Below, in pieces: positions 58,703 to 64,000 of a DNA stretch of 64,000 nucleotides. A program made the position numbers and the translations under genes. Location: NCBI GenBank assembly GCA_036170915.1, contig JAVHQC010000032.1, positions 32,001-96,000 of the forward strand, read 5' to 3'. The stretch is from Cyanobacteria bacterium auto_48_18 (GTDB taxonomy: Bacteria; Cyanobacteriota; Vampirovibrionia; Obscuribacterales; Obscuribacteraceae). The first letter of the stretch is position 1. Each line of letters opens with the position of its first letter. The notes under the pieces are model-generated. The model saw only the letters and a list, made by a program, of their open reading frames with translations, made no database searches and was not told the origin of the DNA.

Positions 58703-59512
58703 CTAACGCAACAAAACGGTGCGCACTAATCTAAATACGGCACGATCCGGCAACAATTTTCTTAACGACAACATGGCTTCAGCATTGATCGGATAACGCA
58801 TACGAGAAGAGTTATCAGTGGCCGCCTCCCACACAGTATAAGCCACTCCATTGGGGCCGGGTGCGTTATGCCCTTCTTTTTGCATGTGGGGCAAAGCACG
58901 GGCCACAAATGTGTCGTACGCTGCCAGCCCTTCTTTGGTTACCATATCTTGACTGCGGTCGTAAAACGGGGTTCTAATTGGGCCCGGCTCAATCAGCTTG
59001 ACTTTGATATTAAATTGGCGCAATTCATACTGCAACGACTCCGAAAAACCCTCAACAGCAAACTTTGTAGCGTGATAAACGCTGTAAAGAGGAAAAGTAA
59101 TTCGACCGCCTACAGATGACATATTAATGATTGTGCCAGAGCGGTTTTCTCGCATATGCGGCAAAATTTCACGGGTTACATTCATTAAGCCAAAAACATT
59201 AGTATCGAACTGCCGCTGTACCTTCTCAGGAGTCGTGGCCTCAAAAGCGCCAACCATGCCGTATCCGGCGTTGTTCACCACCGCGTCAATCACCGAGTGT
59301 CGAGTCAGTCCTTCTGCAATGGCCGACCTAATCGAATCGAGGTCTGTGACGTCAAGACGTAAAATCGAGACGCCTGGCAAAGTGGCCAGATCGCCTGCCT
59401 TTTCTGGCGAGCGCATAGTAGCCAGCACATTCCATTTTTTTCGCGAAAAGAGCCGCACGGTTGCTTCGCCAATGCCGCTTGATGCGCCAGTTACAAGGAT
59501 AGTTTTAGCCAT
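58703..59512 (-). CDS. Classical short-chain dehydrogenase/reductase
   Basis: TGASSGIG, VNNAGYG and catalytic S...YHATK motifs. Confidence 0.95.
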   Translation of the reverse strand: MAKTILVTGASSGIGEATVRLFSRKKWNVLATMRSPEKAGDLATLPGVSILRLDVTDLDSIRSAIAEGLTRHSVIDAVVNNAGYGMVGAFEATTPEKVQRQFDTNVFGLMNVTREILPHMRENRSGTIINMSSVGGRITFPLYSVYHATKFAVEGFSESLQYELRQFNIKVKLIEPGPIRTPFYDRSQDMVTKEGLAAYDTFVARALPHMQKEGHNAPGPNGVAYTVWEAATDNSSRMRYPINAEAMLSLRKLLPDRAVFRLVRTVLLR

Positions 59513-59688
59513 TTGTCCGCCTACGTTGTTATCACCACAATATCAAGGACTCCGCTCCCTTGTGAAAGCTCCAATCAATTGCAATCCATTCCATTAAATT
59601 ACTGCCCAATGACATAGCAAAAATTAGCATATGTTATCTTTTCAACGACGCGAAGTAGCCGAAGTGCTGCAACCGAACTGGAGGAAAA

Positions 59689-60177
59689 ATGACTGAAACG
59701 AAAGCTGGCGAAGCCGAAATGCTAATCAAACCTGACAAATTTGACCGCGGCAATCATTATAAGGCCGTCCACTGCGGATCGTTTGCAGAACTGGCGCAAT
59801 ACGAAATGAAACATCCACGTTTTGGCGTGGTCAAACCAGGCAAAGTTTTTCTGCAAGAGCTGGTGAACAGCACCGGTATGGAAGTGTCTATTAACACTAT
59901 GCCTCCCGGTAAAGAAGTGCCGTTCAGCCACGCTCACAAAACTAACGAAGAAATGTATATTTTCATCAGCGGTGAAGGCCAAATGGCTATTGACGGCGAA
60001 GTTTTGGTCGTTTCAGAAGGCACCTGCGTACGCCTGGCGCCAGCCGCCGCCCGCTGCGTTAAAAATAGTGGAAGCGAAAATCTTTGCTTTATCGTTATTC
60101 AAGCTAAAGAAAATTCGCTGGGTAAACACACTTTCGATGACGGTATCGAAGTACAGCAAACACTGCGGTGGAAATAA
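59689..60177 (+). CDS. Cupin-domain protein
   Basis: PFSHAHKTNEEMYIFISGEGQMAIDG cupin motif; GGAGG RBS. Confidence 0.9.
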   Translation: MTETKAGEAEMLIKPDKFDRGNHYKAVHCGSFAELAQYEMKHPRFGVVKPGKVFLQELVNSTGMEVSINTMPPGKEVPFSHAHKTNEEMYIFISGEGQMAIDGEVLVVSEGTCVRLAPAAARCVKNSGSENLCFIVIQAKENSLGKHTFDDGIEVQQTLRWK

Positions 60178-60178
60178 A

Positions 60179-61594
60179 TTAGTGCGGCGGCATGCCAATG
60201 AAAACAGGCGGCTTTTCGGCAAACTTTAATTTCTTTGATATGGTCGCGTCATCAATATTGTGAGGCTTCAGGTAGACGTAGTAACTATCGTTGCGCTCCA
60301 CCAGGTCATCTTTCGGTTGACTGCTTGCGCTCACCAGCATGTCGTTGCTTATTCGAGCATGCAAATAGTAAGGAATAAGTTGCGTGTAACCAGGTACGTT
60401 AGGCTTAAAGGCATATTTGAGCAGTCGCTCACCAGTCAAAGCCGAAACAACTGCTGGTGAGTTATTGAGCGCCTTGAGGTCAATCTCCTGCCAACTATTA
60501 CCCACTTGAATAAAAAGACGCACCACAGGTTTCATTAAAAACATAGCTTTTTCTGGCTTAGTATTTTTGAGAAAAAGAGTTAAAACATATCCACCGTCTG
60601 CAGTCATCTCGATATCGCGAACGCCCGCTTTTAAGTCGCTGTTCGCCAGGTCTTCCAGGGCCTGCCGCTGATCGAGCCTGGCATTAACAACGCTTTGCTG
60701 ATAACTTGCTACGGCCAAATTGGCAATATAGAGCAAAGACAGCAGCGGTACCAACAGCAATACCATGCGGCCAACATACTTATCAAAGCCTATGCCCAGT
60801 TTGACATTCTCTTGCGCCGATTGACTAGCAGAAATAGCGAAAATGCTTTTAACTGTGTCGCCGACATCGAGTAGCTGCGGTGATCTAGTCGAAGTCTCTG
60901 TACCTGGCTGTTGCGAATGAGTCAACATTTCAGCTCGACCAGCAGTCATGGTCAAAACCCTGTCGGCTAAAGAGGCAATATCCTGGTTGTGAGTAACCAC
61001 AATCAAAGTGAGACTGAAAGCTTTGCGAATATCAACAAGAAGCTGCAATATTTCGCCTTCAGTTTCGCCATCGAGGTCGGCTGTAGGCTCATCGGCCAAT
61101 AAAACACTGGGCGAATTGATGAGCGCGCGAGCGATGGCCACACGCCTTTGCTCACCGCCAGACAGCTCACCCGGATAGGAATCAATACGCTCGGCTAAAC
61201 CAACTCGCACCAGTAATGCTCTGGCTCGAGCATAGGCCTCCTTTTCTGTAAGAGCGCCGCTAACGAGTGCAGGCAAAGCAACATTGTCTATGGCACGCAA
61301 AGCGCTTAGCAAACCAGCAAATTGAAAAACATAACCAATGGTGCCGTTGCGAAAACCAGCCAACTGATTAGCATTTTGTTGCCAAACGACCGTATCGCCA
61401 ATTTGAATGGAGCCGCTACTTGGGCGGCAGATGCCACCAGCCATGGCCAGCAGCGTAGATTTGCCAGACCCGGAGCGCCCCACTATTGCTAGAAATTCGC
61501 CCGGTTGCGCTTCAAAATTGACATCAATGACAGCATTAACCTGAGCGTGGCCTGAATATTGCTTTGTCAGTTGCGAAACAGAAACTGTGCTCAT
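60179..61594 (-). CDS. LolD/MacB-type ABC ATPase fused to a TM helix and a ~170-aa extracytoplasmic domain
   Basis: Walker A GRSGSGKST, signature LSGGEQRR, LLADEPT and VVTH; then a hydrophobic helix and a beta-rich domain ending IGMPPH. Confidence 0.9.
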   Translation of the reverse strand: MSTVSVSQLTKQYSGHAQVNAVIDVNFEAQPGEFLAIVGRSGSGKSTLLAMAGGICRPSSGSIQIGDTVVWQQNANQLAGFRNGTIGYVFQFAGLLSALRAIDNVALPALVSGALTEKEAYARARALLVRVGLAERIDSYPGELSGGEQRRVAIARALINSPSVLLADEPTADLDGETEGEILQLLVDIRKAFSLTLIVVTHNQDIASLADRVLTMTAGRAEMLTHSQQPGTETSTRSPQLLDVGDTVKSIFAISASQSAQENVKLGIGFDKYVGRMVLLLVPLLSLLYIANLAVASYQQSVVNARLDQRQALEDLANSDLKAGVRDIEMTADGGYVLTLFLKNTKPEKAMFLMKPVVRLFIQVGNSWQEIDLKALNNSPAVVSALTGERLLKYAFKPNVPGYTQLIPYYLHARISNDMLVSASSQPKDDLVERNDSYYVYLKPHNIDDATISKKLKFAEKPPVFIGMPPH

Positions 61595-62802
61595 TAACCA
61601 CCGTCCTGCATCATACGGTAAGGCTCTTCAGCGCTAGCGCGCAAGGCCGGAATCAGAGCGCCCAGCAGTCCGCCGAGCATGGCTAGCACCGCACAAGCTG
61701 CGCCGCCATATGCCATTTCGCTCAGGGCAGGCCAGATAAAATCAATATGCAAAGTTTCGAGGTAATAGACCAGAGAGCGTTGAAAAATCAACAGAAGCAC
61801 CGCACCAAATATGATACCAGCCACACCTCCCAGACCTGTGGTAAAACAGGCCTCGGCTAAAAGCATTTTGACAATATCAGCTTGCTTTGATCCGATTGCC
61901 GAAAGCACGCCTATTTCGCGGCGCCTTTCGCCAATGATGGCAGAAAAAAGCAGACCTACCACAATTAAGGAGCCGAGCAGTATGAGCGTAGCAAACACAA
62001 GCATGGCGCTCAGTAAAGCGCTTGTGGTCTGCCTTGTGGAAGTAACAATAGTAGCACCAGTAATTACTTTCACTCCTGCAATTTGCGAAATGGCAAAGCG
62101 CATCTGCTCTGGAGTGGTGCCAAAAGCTAAGCGCACAAATATGGCCGAACAACGCTGGCGATCAAATGTTGGAATGGTCGAAACGCCAGCGATTTTTCCT
62201 TGCGCCAAATACGCGGCGGTATCATAAGTGGCAAACAAAGAATCATCAAGTGGCCCCACTCCGCTTCTAGCAAGCTTACCGTAAACAGTAGCAGTGGTGG
62301 CACATGGTTCTAACTCTTCGCCAATGGCTTCATCACGCCGAGCGCCGGCAATCAGGTCTCCCGCTTTCATTACTCTAGGTAATTTTGTTTGCAGCCACGG
62401 CATCACAGTAAAATCGCTGGCCGGGTCAAAAGCAATTAAATTTGCCTTGTGCTCAGGCATGTGCACCATCATCGGTATGCGATAAATTGTTTGAGCAGCT
62501 ATTTTTTCTACTCCATGCAGACTGCCAATCTGCTTCAGTAAATTAGTGCTCAAAGTTGAGTCGGTAGGTTGCACCGTAAGCAATGCGCTGGTGATATTAA
62601 CCATAGCATCAGCCGGCACCACTACCAGATCTGCACCCATCTGCGCAAAGCTGCGCTCCATGCTGGCTTGAATGCCGCGGCCAACAATAAACGAGGCAAA
62701 GATAGCGCCGCTGACTAAAGCCACAGCCAAAATTAGCATTAGTGTGCGCGTTGGCCTGCGCAAAATATTCTGGCAGGCCAGGCGCAAGAAAATACTGATC
62801 AT
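61594..62802 (-). CDS. FtsX/MacB-type ABC transporter permease
   Basis: QNILRRPTRTL, MGADLVVVP, ERRREIGVLSAIGS and LIPALRAS motifs; 4-TM layout. Confidence 0.92.
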   Translation of the reverse strand: MISIFLRLACQNILRRPTRTLMLILAVALVSGAIFASFIVGRGIQASMERSFAQMGADLVVVPADAMVNITSALLTVQPTDSTLSTNLLKQIGSLHGVEKIAAQTIYRIPMMVHMPEHKANLIAFDPASDFTVMPWLQTKLPRVMKAGDLIAGARRDEAIGEELEPCATTATVYGKLARSGVGPLDDSLFATYDTAAYLAQGKIAGVSTIPTFDRQRCSAIFVRLAFGTTPEQMRFAISQIAGVKVITGATIVTSTRQTTSALLSAMLVFATLILLGSLIVVGLLFSAIIGERRREIGVLSAIGSKQADIVKMLLAEACFTTGLGGVAGIIFGAVLLLIFQRSLVYYLETLHIDFIWPALSEMAYGGAACAVLAMLGGLLGALIPALRASAEEPYRMMQDGG

Positions 62803-62803
62803 A

Positions 62804-64000
62804 TTAGAGGGTAGTGCAACGACTATTTCTTAAGTGTTCTTTCTTGGTCGGGATAATCACGCAGTCATGGTGCCCACCATAATTGGGCAGGTATCCCAGC
62901 GGACGAAGTGAATCATCTTGGGTAAAGATAAAAGCACCACTCTCCTGTCGTTGAAAACCACTAAAGATTTGAACAACAAATTTGCCATCATAAGAAACCG
63001 CCATGGTCTGGCAATCAACACCAATGTTTTTAAATTTCTTGATAATCTTCCATGTCTTCGTATCAACCACACAGCACCCGCTTTTGGCAGGCTTTGCATT
63101 CATCACCGAAACAAACATTTTGCTGCCGTCCATAGAGAAGCAGAGATGGAACGGGCTGGGAAAGTCGCCTACCCATTCTGGATCTTTCACATAAGTAATC
63201 TTTTTCCAATTGCGCGGATCAGCATCAGTTGTGTCAAACACAGCCATATTATTCTGTTCGATATTATTCATCATGGTGAAGAATTTGCCGTCTGGCGAAA
63301 AACCGGCTTCATGGCCGACGCATTTAACGTCTTCAAAATCAATTTCCCATGTATTAGGATTCTCGTGCAACTTAGTAACCGCCAGATTACCAGGCGATCC
63401 TTCCGGATTATGCAGGCAGGCTACAGGCTCCCACGTCTCGCGATCGACAATGACTGCACAAGAAAGCATGCGAATAATTAGAGCAGAATATTTGTTTCCC
63501 GGATGATGCACCACCGCATCTAGACCAGAGAGCCCCTTCATATTGTCTCCCGGTATTTCACCGTTCGAAACACGATTCTCGGCCATCGGAACCATTTCCC
63601 AGTCGATCTTATTGCCCTTAGTGCCTTGCAAATCATACTTGCCGATTTCTGGGGAAATTCTCAATTCTTCTATTCGCAGCTTGCCACCTTTGCGCCAGTT
63701 ATCTTTCAAATTCTTATCCGGCTCTCGACCAATCCAATCGGCGCGGAAAGCCTTAAGCGCCGTCGTCTTAGCCGTGCCCGAAACACGATTGAAAAATGCA
63801 GCAATATCTTTTTGACCATCAGCGGCAGCAAAGCCATTAGCATCAGGGAAGATTGTGATGTGTACGCCCAAACCGATACCGGTTGTCTCTGCCACATCCT
63901 CCATTTTGTTCATTTCGGTGCCATCAAATTCAACTCTGTAAATATGATTACCCTGACCCCACTTACCAAGCATGCCGTGGTCTTCTATTGAAGTAGGTAA
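62804..64000 (-). CDS. Thiocyanate dehydrogenase (TcDH)-like copper beta-propeller protein; 5' end beyond the window
   Basis: Frame is open to position 64000 (LPTSIEDHGMLGKW...). Motifs match TcDH as I recall it: IYRVEFDGTEMN, GLGVHITI, DGQKDI, YDLQGTKGNKIDWEMVP, GHEAGFSPDG, PSPFH, YDGKFVV, GHHDCVIIP, LRNSRCTTL. Confidence 0.85.
   Translation of the reverse strand, partial: LPTSIEDHGMLGKWGQGNHIYRVEFDGTEMNKMEDVAETTGIGLGVHITIFPDANGFAAADGQKDIAAFFNRVSGTAKTTALKAFRADWIGREPDKNLKDNWRKGGKLRIEELRISPEIGKYDLQGTKGNKIDWEMVPMAENRVSNGEIPGDNMKGLSGLDAVVHHPGNKYSALIIRMLSCAVIVDRETWEPVACLHNPEGSPGNLAVTKLHENPNTWEIDFEDVKCVGHEAGFSPDGKFFTMMNNIEQNNMAVFDTTDADPRNWKKITYVKDPEWVGDFPSPFHLCFSMDGSKMFVSVMNAKPAKSGCCVVDTKTWKIIKKFKNIGVDCQTMAVSYDGKFVVQIFSGFQRQESGAFIFTQDDSLRPLGYLPNYGGHHDCVIIPTKKEHLRNSRCTTL

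Noticed and set aside
59609..59637. Imperfect inverted/direct repeat (ATGACATAGC...GCATATGTTAT) upstream of the cupin gene
   Set aside because: Short, AT-rich and imperfect, with no cognate regulator nearby; it cannot be distinguished from chance.
58703..60177. SDR and cupin genes as part of the TcDH-like system
   Set aside because: The cupin is convergent on the ABC operon and both genes belong to generic families; nothing in the sequence links them to it.
62804..64000. Nitrous oxide reductase, cytochrome cd1 nitrite reductase or generic YVTN propeller
   Set aside because: There is no C-terminal CuA domain or CxxCH in the visible part, and the motif series follows TcDH closely.

Overview
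A gene-dense bacterial chromosomal window of roughly 50% GC. The abundant secreted kinesin-light-chain-type TPR proteins, Sel1 and FHA proteins, and a Hanks kinase with a Cys-rich N-terminus suggest a non-photosynthetic cyanobacterial relative (Vampirovibrionia/Obscuribacterales). That assignment is inference, because there is no marker gene in the window. From left to right the window holds: (1) a partial OmpR-type regulator and a SulP transporter, divergent from a six-gene hydrogenase-4-like membrane complex whose large subunit lacks the Ni-Fe cysteines (Ehr type); (2) a kinase/FHA/Sel1 signalling region with a frameshifted secreted-protein gene; (3) a MarR-controlled MdtABC-like RND operon with no outer-membrane factor; (4) a ~210 nt highly structured intergenic element with its own promoter and terminator, ahead of a flavin reductase gene; (5) an accessory segment with a B12 radical SAM gene, an internally deleted hicA beside an intact hicB, and an orphan N6-adenine methyltransferase; (6) a complete TolC-RND-MFP cassette flanked by paralogous TPR genes; (7) at the right edge, a thiocyanate dehydrogenase (TcDH)-like copper beta-propeller with an apparent His-to-Gln change at one copper ligand, followed by an unusual ABC transporter pair. 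The TcDH-like locus and the structured RNA candidate are the strongest leads. I saw no rRNA, tRNA, CRISPR array, transposase or integrase. All family calls come from motif recognition without database searches.
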